Shown: positions 19,904-57,380 of the stretch, piece after piece
Position numbering within the stretch: position 1 is the stretch's first letter
Layout of the letters: every line of letters starts with the position of its first letter
Assembly (NCBI RefSeq): GCF_009914755.1
Contig: NC_060935.1
Direction: 5' to 3' (one strand)
Source of the DNA: the human T2T-CHM13v2.0 reference genome, Homo sapiens
DNA length: 64,000 nucleotides
Translations under genes and position numbers: made by a program
The notes under the pieces: model-generated
Told to the model about the DNA's origin: nothing
The model's input: the letters and a program-made list of their open reading frames with translations, nothing else
Database searches by the model: none

Positions 19904-20429
19904 TTTTTTTTTTTCCCAAGACAGAGTCTCGCTCTGTCACCCAGGCTGGAGTGCAGTGGCATCATTTCGGTTCACTGCAACCTCTGCTTCCCAGGTTTAA
20001 GCGATTCTTGTGCCTAAGCCTCTTGAATAGCTGGAACTACAGGCACCTGCCACTATGCCCGGCTAATTTTTGTATTTGTTTAGTAGAGATGGGGTTTTAC
20101 CACATTGGGCAGGCTGATCTTGAACTCCTGACCTCAGGTGATCTCTCCACCTCGGCCTCCCAAAGTGCTGGGATTACAAGCAGGAGCCACCGTGCCCGGC
20201 CAACATCTTTGTTTATTCCGGTTTTTGATTCTGTTTATTTCATGTATCTTTCTCCCCTCCTTAATGGAATATGATATAATTTAGTCTCCTTCCACATCAT
20301 AAAAATTTGGCACTTTTCACATTATGTGACAAATGCATACACTATCATGTACCATTACCACTGTAAAAAGTCTAAATTTTGTGATTTTGTGTCTTTTATT
20401 TATTTATTTTTATTTTTTTTTACATTTAG

Positions 20430-20584
20430 AACGTGTTACGAGTCAGTTTTTAGTGAAAAAACATTGAGCTAGGAGCCAAGACCCATCTCTTCACTATTTT
20501 GGTATTGTGCAAGTCATCTTACCTCTCTGGATCTCAGTTGTCTCATCTGTAAAAAGGAGATAAAAATTATTTACCTGCCTGAAC
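20430..20584 (+). other. NUCB2: NUCB2 exon 2 (5'UTR, MIR-derived)
   Basis: Long T-rich tract + TAG acceptor at 20429 and AAC|GTAAGT donor at 20584; 155 nt with no ATG. The body matches the MIR core (gcaagtcatcttacctctctggatctcagttgtctcatctgtaaaaagg). Confidence 0.85.
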
Positions 20585-22787
20585 GTAAGTACTCAATAAT
20601 TGCATTTGGTTGCAAAGAAACATGACTATCACTACCACCACCACCAAAATACAAAAAAGGAAAAACCAAAAACGAACTCACAGATGGCTTAAACATGCAA
20701 TATTTATTTTTTATATAAAATAATAATTGAAATAGCACTCTAGGATGGGTATAGTGGCTTTATAAAGTCATCAGAGACTTAAGCTTCTTTCAGTTCTTTT
20801 ATCAGTGATCCCTAAGACATTCTTGTAGTACTGGTTCTTGTATGTCCAAGATAGCTGCCAGAGCTCTAACCATCACTGTCATGTTCCAGGCAGCAAAGCA
20901 TAGGCGAAGAAAGATGCATCCTCTTCCTTTAAGGAGAATTCCTGAACCAAGGCTGAGGCTATAAGAAAGCAGGGAAATGTAGCTGACTGCATGTCTGCCC
21001 TCTATAAAATTGGGCTTTTGTTACTGAGAAGGAAGGAAAGATTTGGATATTGGCAAGCAAATAGAAGTGTCTGCCATGATATGAATCTTTTTATCTTTCA
21101 GCTCTGAAATCTGTAAGCTGTGATAACCACTCATAGAAGCTTCTATAATTTGCCATGGCAGAGATATAAGTCTGACTATTAACTACAGAAGGAAATAATC
21201 TTCATGTAATAAATTGTGTTTCTGTTTTTACTTTTAGCCCTTAATTCATTATAGAAGCTTTTCTGTCTTATTTGTGGATTTGTTCTGGTTATTTTTTAAA
21301 ATTACCCATAAATGCTCAATAGATGTTTGTTGTACATTTTATGGTTGTGTTAAAAAGAGCTAACATTTATTGAGCTACTTGCTATAAGCAAGGCACTAAA
21401 ATGACAGAGATAAGTTATCCCAAGGGTATCACATAACTAATCATCAGGAAGTAAATTTATATTGAAAGTAAATATAATTCATCTCAAGATACATTTCACT
21501 ATGGTCACATGAGGAACACTTGCCTTCCTTGCTAGCTAAAAGTAGTTTGTTCTTTTTCTTTCCTTTCTTCTTTTTTTAACCACTTAACTGTTAGTTGTCT
21601 TGAAATTTTCTCTTACTACTAGTTCTTGCTTAACTTATTTAGCCACACCAATATTTTATTTCCTTCCAGACTTTTATTTTTTTTGTTGAGACGAAGTCTC
21701 ACTCTTTCACCCACGCTGGAGTGCAATGGCTTAGTGCAACCTCCGCCTCCTATGTTCAAGCGATTCTCCTGCCTCAGCCTCCTCAGTAGCTGGGACTACA
21801 GGCATCCACCACCACACCCAACTAATTTTTGTATTTTTAGTAGAGATGGGGTCTCACCATGTTGGCCAGGGTGGTCTTGAACTCCTGACCTCAGGTGATC
21901 TGCCTGCCTCAGCCCCCTACAGTGCTGGGATTACAGGAGTGAGCCACCGTGCCCAGCCCCTTCCAGACTTTTCTTTGTGAATATTATATAAATATACCCT
22001 ATACTTGTCCTGCAAAATGGTTCAATTGTCATTATTTCTATTTCAAAAGTAAACTGAAATAAATAGCTTTGAGAAAAAGAAATTCAGGGAATGGAAATTG
22101 GAGTGAGAAAGATTCTAAAGATTCAGTCAATCTTTTAGAGTTTTTAGAAGGGAGACAGTAAGTTAAGATTTTATTTCTACACAGTATATTTGTATTTTTG
22201 AAAGTTTTTACATTTTTTGGTTGTATTAGATAGGCACAAAGTACAGTAGTTCTTTTGCTGCTAGTATTGCAGTTTCCTTTTTTCTGATCTAGACTTGTTG
22301 ACCTCAAACAAAATAATCAGGAGACTTGTGACCATAAAAACAACCCAGTTTTGTTTTTAAGAGACATTTAACGTTATAAATCACCTGACTGAGAATGTCT
22401 GTTTGGTGAATACCATTTTCATGACTTTTAATTTTTTTTAATTAACAGAAAAGTATCATGCTATGCATTGTTTTGTAAGCAGCATTTTAAAAATTGCAAT
22501 TGTATTTAATAGCTTACCTTCCTCACTAGATTGAAGCCCTGTGAGGGTAAGGACTATGTCGATCTCGCTTACCTTTGTCTTCTAGCATAGTATCTGGTAC
22601 CATAGTCATTACTTAATACATAAATATTAGTTTAGTTTTGTTTTTAGAAACAAAGTCTCAATACATACATACATACATACATACTTATAATAGGTTAAAG
22701 GAAACATGCTTCAATTCAGCCATTAATTGAAAAGGAAGAGGGGCAAAAGAAGAGGGTTGAGGAAGATGGAAAAAGATACATAAAAGA

Positions 22788-23532
<745 letters not shown>

Positions 23533-23550
23533 TCAAAACAGGAAACCATC

Positions 23551-23573
23551 ACACATACATGCGCGCACGTGTG

Positions 23574-23607
<34 letters not shown>
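23551..23607. repeat. Alternating purine-pyrimidine tract ending in (CA)n
   Basis: acacatacatgcgcgcacgtgtgcgtacacac... Confidence 0.9.
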
Positions 23608-23609
<2 letters not shown>

Positions 23610-23860
23610 GCAAACTTAATCTGTATAACTATGGGTATAAATCAGTAGCTAAGAAATCTGCCTCTGTGTATGAATGGAAATTTTATTTTTTGAGACATGT
23701 TCTCACTCTGTCACCCTGGCTAGAGTGCTGTGGCGTGACCATGGCTCACTGCAGCCTCAACCTGCTGGGCTCAGGTGATCTTCCCACCTCATCCCCCACC
23801 AAGTAGCTGGGACTACAGGCATGTGCCACCATGCCCAACTAATTTTTGTATTTTTTGTAG

Positions 23861-24028
<168 letters not shown>

Positions 24029-25029
24029 TAGGACTTTAAAATTTAAGGAAATTATATCTACTGAATACTAAGAGAAGCTTAAGAACTCTGCTTACTTTGT
24101 AATTTTACCAGAGGCTCTGATGCCTTTGGGGTCAGTGCCTCCCATTCTGTCTTGAGATGACTACATAATTTAGAATTTCACACCATCCTACTTTAGAGAG
24201 TAAATTATCAGCCTGTCCTGGTTTGGATGAGTCTACTGTTTCAGCCTGGTTCAGCCCAGTGTCTCCTCTTTAGGTCCGTATCTCTCTTATGAAAGAAGAG
24301 GGTGATAAAGGAAAGGAGAAGGCCATTCTTACTGACCTGATAGTGGAAGAAAAGTAGGTTAGTTCTCCTTCTTCCTATTGCCTGTCCTTATCACTCATCT
24401 CTTTCTTCTATATGGATATTTGTATATTTTCTCATTCATGAAAATCTGTAAACCTAGTAAATTTGCTGTTATTCCTTTAATGCAGACACATTTGACATCT
24501 TGGCATTTAAAGAGACTTTTGTGTCATTATTTTTCTGCCTAATGTGCTGGAATACTTACCATTTTTTTTTTAAATACAGTTGATGTTTATGGAGGCCTTA
24601 TTAAGAATTAGAGTCAGTGTTTAAATTAATTGTCCTAGTTATGTCTAGAATAAGCACTAACAGATTAGAAACTAGTAGAAAACATTCTCCATCAATCAAA
24701 AATAAATTTAAAAGGCAAGAAAGGAGAGGAAATAAATGTTAAAGAGGTAGGATAAATAGAAAGCCCTACCAGCCTGAGCAACATAATGAAACCACAACTC
24801 TACCAAAAAAAAATATATATATATATCACCACGCATGGTGGCTTGCTTGTGGTCCCAGCTACTTGAGAAGCTGAGGCAAGAGGATCTCTTGAGCCCAGGA
24901 AATCAAATTTGCAGTGAGCTGTGAGCTCACCACTGCACTTCAGCCTGGGTGGCAGAATGAGAACCTGTCTCAAAAAACAAAAAAGCCCTATAGAAGGTGG
25001 TAGATTTAAAAATCAAGATATGGTATTAA

Positions 25030-25331
25030 GGCCGGGCGTGGTGGCTCACACCTGTAATCTCGGCACTTTGGGAGGCTGAGGTGGGCAGATTGGTTGAGGT
25101 TAGGAATTTGAGACCAGCCTGGCCAACATGACAAAACCCTGTCTCTACTAAAAATACAAAAAATTAGCAGGGCATGGTGGCGCACACTTGTAGTCCTAGC
25201 TACTCAGGAGGCTGAGGCAGGAGAATCGCTTGAACCTGGGAAGTGAAGGCTGCAGTGAGCCAAGATTGCACACTGCATTCTAGCCTGGGCAACAGAGCAA
25301 AACTCCACCTCAAAAAAAAAAAAAAAAAAAA
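25030..25331 (+). mobile_element. Alu (+), source of the inverted duplicate
   Basis: TSD aagata(tg/cg)(g/t)tattaa; private motif gattggttgaggttagg at 25088-25104. Confidence 0.9.
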
Positions 25332-25655
25332 GATACGTTATTAAATCAACTTTAAGGGCTAGATGTGGTGGCTCACTCCTGTAATCCCAGCACTTTGGGA
25401 GGCCAAGTTGCATGGATCACTTGAGGTCAGGAGTTTGAGACCACCTTGGCCAACATGGTGAAACCCAATCTCTACTAAAAATACAAAAATTAGCCGGGTG
25501 TGGTGGTACCCACCTGTAATCCCAGCTACTTGGGAGGCTGAGGCAGGAATCGCTTGAACCCAGGAGGTGGAGGTTGCAGTGATCCGAGATCGCGGCACTG
25601 CACTCCAGCACGGGCAGTAGAGTGAGACTCTGTCTCAAAAAACAAAAAACAAAAA

Positions 25656-26526
<871 letters not shown>

Positions 26527-26608
<82 letters not shown>
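26527..26608. repeat. (AC)~32 followed by (AT)n microsatellite
   Basis: Read directly from the sequence; lies in the duplicated spacer next to an Alu tail. Confidence 0.95.
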
Positions 26609-28070
<1,462 letters not shown>

Positions 28071-29033
28071 TTGAGGCTGGGTATAGTAGCTTATGCCTCT
28101 AATCCCAGCACTTTGGGAGGCTGAGGCAAGAGGATTGCTTGAGCCCAAGAGTTTGAGACTGGCCTGGGCAACATGTTGAGACCCTGTCTCAAAAAACAAT
28201 AAAAAAAATACTAATATGGTTGGGATATAAAGGTCAGTCATGAGATAAAAGATTAAATTTACTGTAAAGCTAGAAAATCTTAAGTTTATATATATATACC
28301 TAATATTTGAATAAAAATTAACAGAATTATAAGGAAAAAGAGACAAAATCATGATATAAGATTTTCATGTGCTTTTCTAGTGATTGTAGAACAAGCAAAC
28401 AAAAATCATTGAGAACATAGAAAATGGGATAATTTTGAAAAATTATAAGCATGACTAGTGTAGAAGGTGAATAGTGGTTCATGAATTGTATTTTTAAAAT
28501 TTTTCACATTTTATAAACTTGGATTTTTTTGCTCTATTTTTACTCCTTTTAAAAAAATTGAAATATGATTTACATATCATACAATTCTCTCTTTTATAGT
28601 ATACAATTCACTGGCTTTTAGTATATTCATAAGGTTATGCAACCATCTCAACGATCTAATTTTAGAATATTTTCATCACCCCCAAAAGGAACCCTGTACC
28701 CATTTAGCACTTATTTCTCATTTCCCCTCCCTCCACCAGCAGCCCTCAACAACCTGTAATCTGCTTTCTTTCTCTGTGGATTTGCCTATTTTCCACATTT
28801 ATATAAATTGAATCGTATAATATGTGTCCTCTTGCTTCTGGCTGTATTTACTATTAATCAGTTCTGTTGTATTTTATTTTTAAACAGATTTCTCCTTAAA
28901 AATATCAGTCTTGGCCGGGCACGGTGGCTCAGGCCTGTAATCCCAGCACTTTGGGAGGCTGAGGCGGGCAGATCACCTGAGGTCAGGAGTTCAAGACCAG
29001 CCTGGCCAACATGGTAAAATCCTGTCTCTACTA

Positions 29034-29282
<249 letters not shown>

Positions 29283-30097
29283 TCACAATTCATTGTCCTC
29301 TTTCTTGCAAAAGTTAAAAATAAATCCAGCTTGAATGAAATGTAAGTCTGACAATCTCTAAACCTGAAATCAAGGAGGAGCTTTGTTTCTGCTTCCGCAG
29401 AAGCAAATTCTCAGTTTGATCAGAGAGGATAATGTTCCATATTTTGTTTCCAAAGTGTGAAACTTTCCTGGCTTTACATCATTTTTATTGTGTCTAGATA
29501 TGAACTTTCTTTGCTAGTTCATTTTCCTTGTTGTTAATCTTTGTATCTCAGCAACCAGGCCTGCTATTTGCTTTACCAACATAATTTTAAGCTGGCTGAG
29601 TAAGCAATATTTAGTTTAAAGGCATTTACAAGTCATATAACTTAATCATTTTAAATGAATGGTGTGAATACAAGCAGCTTTTCTTTTTTTTTAATTTTAT
29701 TTCTGTTTAGTATTTCTGATTACGTAACAGGAAAGATCTGTACTAAAAAGAATAAATAGATAATAGAATTTAAGTACTTAAGTAATACTAAGTTCAAGTT
29801 AAATTCTCTTATTTAAAATTTTTTTTATTTTTATAAATGAGGGAACTGAAGTGGGAAAAGTTAATTGGCTAACCTGTGATCATATAGCAAGTAAGTGGTG
29901 CAGCTGTAACTAGAATATAGATCTAAATTTAGTTCTGCCTTACTGCTTGGTGTAAAACCCACTTTCTATTTCTCCTTTTTTCCCACTTTCTATTTTTTAA
30001 AGATCCAAGTTTACCTTTGAGATGAGCATTCTCTTTCTGTCTCATTGTAGGTGAGGTTGGTAAATAATAGAGCAAAGGGAGGCAGTATGTTCTAGGG

Positions 30098-30286
30098 CAG
30101 TGGTTTTCAAATGTTGGCATGTATCAGAATCACCTATAGGGCTTATTAAAACAGATTGTGAGGCCCCCTACACCCAGAGTCTCTGATTTAGAAAATATGG
30201 AGTAGGCCTTGAGAATTCGCATTTCTAACAAATTCCCAGGTGATGCCAGTGCTGCTGGCCCAGGGACCATACTTTTGAGAACCACT
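30098..30286 (+). mobile_element. MER5A hAT MITE (weaker MER5-like copies at ~31885-32060, ~36875-37020, ~43922-44050)
   Basis: cagtggttttcaaa...tcagaatcacct...gcatttctaacaa.ttcccaggtgatg...ttgagaaccact. Confidence 0.85.
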
Positions 30287-30639
30287 CCTGAAAAGCCAAC
30301 AAAGGCTTTGGAGTCAGTCACTCCCAGGTCTACACTCTAGCTGTATGACTGACTGCTGTGTGAACTAGAAGTGATATGTCTCAGTTTCTTGTACTTTGAA
30401 ATGGGGATAATAATATTGACTTCACAGAGTCATTGTAAGAGTTGATGCGTTAATATATTTTAAAAGTTTAGCATACTGCTTGGTACATAGTAAACATTCA
30501 ATAGATGGTTTCTGTTGTTATTTATAATAAGCATGGGGATCAATTAAATCTTTAGGAACCATAAATTCAGTTAGTGTTTTAAAGCAGTTTCTCAGAAACT
30601 TTTTGTGACTTTGTCACTTCAAGATGTTGTCAGCGGCTA

Positions 30640-31720
<1,081 letters not shown>

Positions 31721-32426
31721 AACCCAAAATGCACACCTATGTATGTGTGGACAAGAAGCATGAATGAATAATAAACCTTTTTTGTTATTAAAAGTAATTG
31801 TGGGGAAGAGGAGGTGATTCATAGTGAGAAGACATTCTGTGAAGTATACTACCCTATTAGAGATTCTAGTATCCTAGAGATGAGTGGATCTCAGGTTTTA
31901 GTATACATAGGAACCCCCTGGAACCCCCTGTTTGTTAAAACAGGTTCCTGGCCCCCACCCCAGAGGTCTTGGGTACAGCCTGAGAATTTGCATTTCTGAT
32001 CTGCTTTCAGATGATCTTGTAAGATTTTGTAAGATTGAGAACTAAACTTTGGGTAGCATCTTTATAGATTAGACATATGCTGTACTTAAATGGGTGAATT
32101 TTATGACGTGAAGTATATCTCAATAAAGATGCTAAAAAATTGGCATAAAGATAGTAAAATGTAAGTTTTAGTGGTTTGTTAATGGCAAGACAATGCTCTG
32201 TAAGGGAATTGGTTTAATTATTAATTTCTTCATTTGTAAAATGTGTCACTCTCCTGTGTATGTACCACCTAGGGTTGTGGTGAAAATGGGGTTATGTGTT
32301 CTTTTCCAAATGGTGTTCTGTGGGTAAAACGTGTTGCCTTAAAAAAAAAAAAAAAAAAAAAAGCCATGGCTAGATTGAAGCTTTTGTAATTAGCCAAATG
32401 TTTTCTTATACTATAAAAACAATATA

Positions 32427-32738
<312 letters not shown>

Positions 32739-32984
32739 TTAAAATATTGTATTCTGTCTTTTTAATTTTGGCTACAAAAACATTTCTCCCTTGATTTTCT
32801 TTAGTGATCTATTTTAAGCATTATTTTTGACAAGTTTTAATCTATTCTTTCCTTTCCTATAATTTTTTTTTTGTTTTATTAAACCTCTTGAGATTAAATA
32901 TATGATTAATGTGACATTCGGAATGCATGTATATAGAGTTAAAACATTATTCATGACTTTACCATAATTACTCCTTTATTTCAG

Positions 32985-53134
<20,150 letters not shown>

Positions 53135-56100
53135 GTAATAGAACCTACTCTAAATGAGATGTATGGTTCAACAAATTCTACATCAGTCTATTCTACTTTT
53201 AACTTTTATTCCCCATTATGTTTGCATGTATAGTCTTACTATCTTGGGATTTTTATATAAATGTCAGTATAAAATAATGAACTTCATTTCTTGGAAAGCT
53301 TGTAGCAATTTATTTCTTGTTTATAATCATACTGCATAAAATTGGAAGTCTTTTAAAAATTATACTTTTTTCAAAGTATAAAATAGGATTCGTTATTGAA
53401 AATTAGAAATATAGATATATTGAAAGAATAAATTAGAATTCACCTATAATTTTACTAATCAGAGGTAGATTCTTGAGTTATGCATCGTACTGTGTTAATT
53501 TGGAATGGTATGCAGTTTGTATATATAGTATATGCACATATACAGTATGTAAACAATGTATTGTCTCATTTTAAATTCACACATATACATATATTCATAT
53601 TTATGTGTTTTTTGTTGTTGTTTGTTTGTTTTTTGTTTTTTTGTTTTTTGAGACAGAGTCTTGCTCTGTTGCCCAGGCTGGAGTGCAGTAGCGCGACCTT
53701 GGCTCACTGCAACCTCCGCCTCCCAGATTCAAGCAATTCTCTGCCTCAGCCTCCTGAGTAGCTGGGATTACAGGTGCCCGCCACCACGCCCGGCTAATTT
53801 TTGTATTTTTAGTAGAGATGGGGTTTCACCATCTTGGCCAGGCTGGTCTTGAACTCCTGACCTCGTGATTCACCCACCTCAGCCTCCCAAAGTACTGGGA
53901 TTACAGGCATAAGCCACCGCATCAGGCCAGTCATATTTATGTATTTTTTAAAATGGCTTCATACTGTATAAATGACTTTGTATGTTGATGAAATACTTTT
54001 TAAAAATTTAACAATATTTCACAAACATCTTTTAATATCATTCTTCAAAAACATGATTTTTAAAATGACTACCCAATATGCAGTTATATGGCTGTAGCAT
54101 AATTTATATATCCATTTCTCCAAATTTAGACCTTTTGGGTAAATTCCAGTATTTTACTGTAATGACACTATGATGACTATCTGTTTCTTCACACATTTTT
54201 GGGCAATCTATAATGATTTCCCTGGGATTAACTCCCAGGAATAGAACTATTCTTAAGATTTATGAAAAATTTTTTAAATTTCTCAGTATATCTTGGCAAA
54301 CTGCTCGAGAAAAGTATATCAACTTGTAACACAGTCAACTGTGTATAAATGAATGCATAGACAACTTGAAAAGAATAGTTGAGAGGCACCAACCAAAATG
54401 GATGGAAGAAAGAACATAGTCTTTTTCTACATAAAAACTGAAAATATTACTATTTAAATTAAAATTTTAATTGTCCAGAAAATAGTTTAAGAAAGGGTGA
54501 ACAGCTACTCTAGTTTACCCAGGACTGAGGAATTTCCAAGGATGTGGAACTTTTCATTGCTAAAGCCAGACATTTCTGGGCAAATTGGGACAGTTGGCCC
54601 CTTTAGTTTGACATCAGAAAAGTCAGCCTCTTTTTGTATTGGGTTTTTGTCTAACGTTTGAAATGTTTCTTGACTTTGGTGAAGAAGAAGAATGCTAAGA
54701 TTATTTGAATCTACATTCCCTTTAGTGCATCTGGTAGACTAGAAGATCAATAGATAATTATATACTTTTAAAATTTTGACATAATTTCAGATTTACAAGA
54801 GTTGCAGGAATAGACAGGAAATCCCTGAATACATTTCAACCAGGTTTAACTACATTTGCTTTATCTTTCTCTCTTTCCCTCCTCTCTATTTTTAATCTCT
54901 ATGTGTGTGTATGTATAACATATAATTATGTTGTAATGTATATACTTATGTATATGTTATGTATATATATAAACATGTATATGTGTACATATATATAAAG
55001 TTTTGAATTGCTTAAGAGTAAATTACACATCATGCCACTTTAATCTAAAATACTTGAGTGTATATTTCTTGCAAACAAAGATTTACCTTATGTAATCATA
55101 GTAAAATTATCAATACTACACACATGGTACTCTTCTCCAATCTCTAGACTTAGTGAGATTTTGTCAATTTTCCCAATAATATCCTTTATAACAAAAGAAA
55201 ATCCAAGATGATACATTGAATTCAGTTGTAATGTCTTTCTAGTCTCCTTCCATCTGAAACAATCAAGAGGACAGACTATTATGTTGTACAATGTCCCTTG
55301 AATACCACAGAAGAGATGCTCAGTGTATCCTATTAGAAGGCACATGTTGACGATCCCCATAACTGGTAATGGTAGCTTTGATCATTTTGTTAAGGTGGTG
55401 TCTACCAGATTTTTTTATGTAACGTTATTATTTTACCTTTCACATTTTAAAAAGTATCTCGTCTAGCCCACCATAGTGAGAGAATCAGAAGTCAGTTTTT
55501 GTTTTTTTATTTTATAAATACAGACCAGGTCTCACTATATTGCCCAGGCTGGTCCCGAACTCCTGGGCTCAAGGAATCCTCCTGCCTCAGCCTCCCAAAA
55601 TGTGTGAGCCACTGTGCCTGGAAAGAAGTCAGTTTTTTTTTTTTTTTTTTTTTTTTTAATAATTTTAGGAAAAATAAAGACAGAGTCTCTCTCTGTCACC
55701 CAGGCTGGAGTACAGTGACGTGATCTTGGCTCACTGCAACCTCTGCCCCCATCCCCCTCAACCTGCCTGGGCTCAAGTGATTCTCCCACCTCAGCCTCCT
55801 GAGTAGCTGAGACCACAGGCATGCACCACCATGCCTGGATCTTTTTTTTGTGTTTTTAGTAGAGGCAGGATGTCGTCATGTTGACCAGGATGGTCTCAAA
55901 CTCCTGAGCTCAAGCAATCTGCCTGCCTTGGCCTCCCAAAGTACTGGGATTACATATGTGAGTCACCGTGCCCAGACAGAAGTCAGCTTTAAAAAAAAAA
56001 TACATTCAATATCATATCAAAAGTATTTTCACATAATATTTGTAAGCCTTATTTTAAAAGCTATGGAGGTATATAAACATTTTTTTAGGGTTTGACATTT

Positions 56101-56252
56101 AAATTATTTCATTTTTTACTGCTATTTTAAAAAGAAAATGCTGCTACAAATACATTTTTATATAAAGCTTTGTACGTGATTAGGGTTGTTTTATAGGGTA
56201 GATTCTCAATGTAGCATTACCAGGACCCAGGGAATATTTTTAAGGCTATTTT

Positions 56253-57057
56253 TAAGGCTTGAACATCCTGATATACTGAAAGTAAGGAAGTCCCTAAAGA
56301 ATGATCCAGATATGTCACAAAGACACAAAAGCCAGTTTGAAGAAACTCTCACTGGCCAAATCTGGGACAATTTGAACGTGGAAATAATGATGATAAGGAT
56401 TAGAGCTTATTGAATAAAACAAGAAGCCACGAGTCTACACTGATATAAGTAGAGGGAGAGAGAAGGCCGAATTCTTTTGCAAAATTGCTTTTCAAAAGAC
56501 TTACGCCATTTATATTTCCACCATTAAAAACGTGTGCACTCTTTAAACATATCAGAGCTGGGCACGGTGGTGCCTACCTGTAGGCCCAGCTACTTAGGAG
56601 GCAGGAGGACCACTTGAGCCCAGGAGTTTGAGACCAGTCTGGGCAATGTAATGAGACCCTGTCTCTAAAAAGAAAAAAAAAATTTTTTTAAAATACTTTG
56701 AGAATATGTGAATGTATTATTGTTGATGTCCATTGATGATTCTAGCTAGAATTATTACTGTGATGGTTGACAAATGGAGATTTTCTAACCTGATCATCCC
56801 TTCTACATTTGTTAGTTGGCTTTCTACTGTAATGAAAAACTATTCCTTCCCCTCGACCTTCTACTTATATCAGTGTAGACTCATGGCTTCTTTTATTCAA
56901 TAAGCTCTAATCTTTACCATCATTATTTCCATACTCAAATTGTCCCAGACTTGGCCAGTGAGAGTTTCTTCAGACTGGCTTTTGTGTCCTTCTGACATGT
57001 CCGAATGATTCTTTGGGGACTTCCTTACTTTTAGTATATCAGGATGTTCAAGGCTTA
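56253..57057. repeat. ~210-bp inverted repeat (56253-56466 vs 56845-57057) of L1MC-type 3'UTR sequence
   Basis: The arms are near reverse complements. The ORF track shows near-identical peptides on opposite strands (56186..56413 + and 56897..57094 -). Confidence 0.93.
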
Positions 57058-57380
57058 CCTTATTCTTTCCCTGACCCAACCCAGAATGACCCATTTTTCT
57101 GAGAAGCCCTGCAGACCAAGATCTGGGCCCTGGATGTTCCCCTTGCTACTGTAGTGTCATTGCTTCCAAGGTCTTGTCAGATGACAGAGCAGGGGAATTA
57201 AAAGAATATGTATATAATATGGATGTGTATATGTACATATGTACACACATACATGCACACATACACACATATACCCACCTATATACATTAATATTCATTT
57301 CTACATATCTATCAATATATATTAAAACTCATGAATTTACACTGATATCTCCAGTTGCAATCCAACAACTCTTGATTTCC

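Noticed and set aside
56186-57094. Two similar small proteins on opposite strands (possible paralogous gene pair)
   Set aside because: They are translations of an inverted duplication of L1 3'UTR sequence, with no promoter or coding signature.
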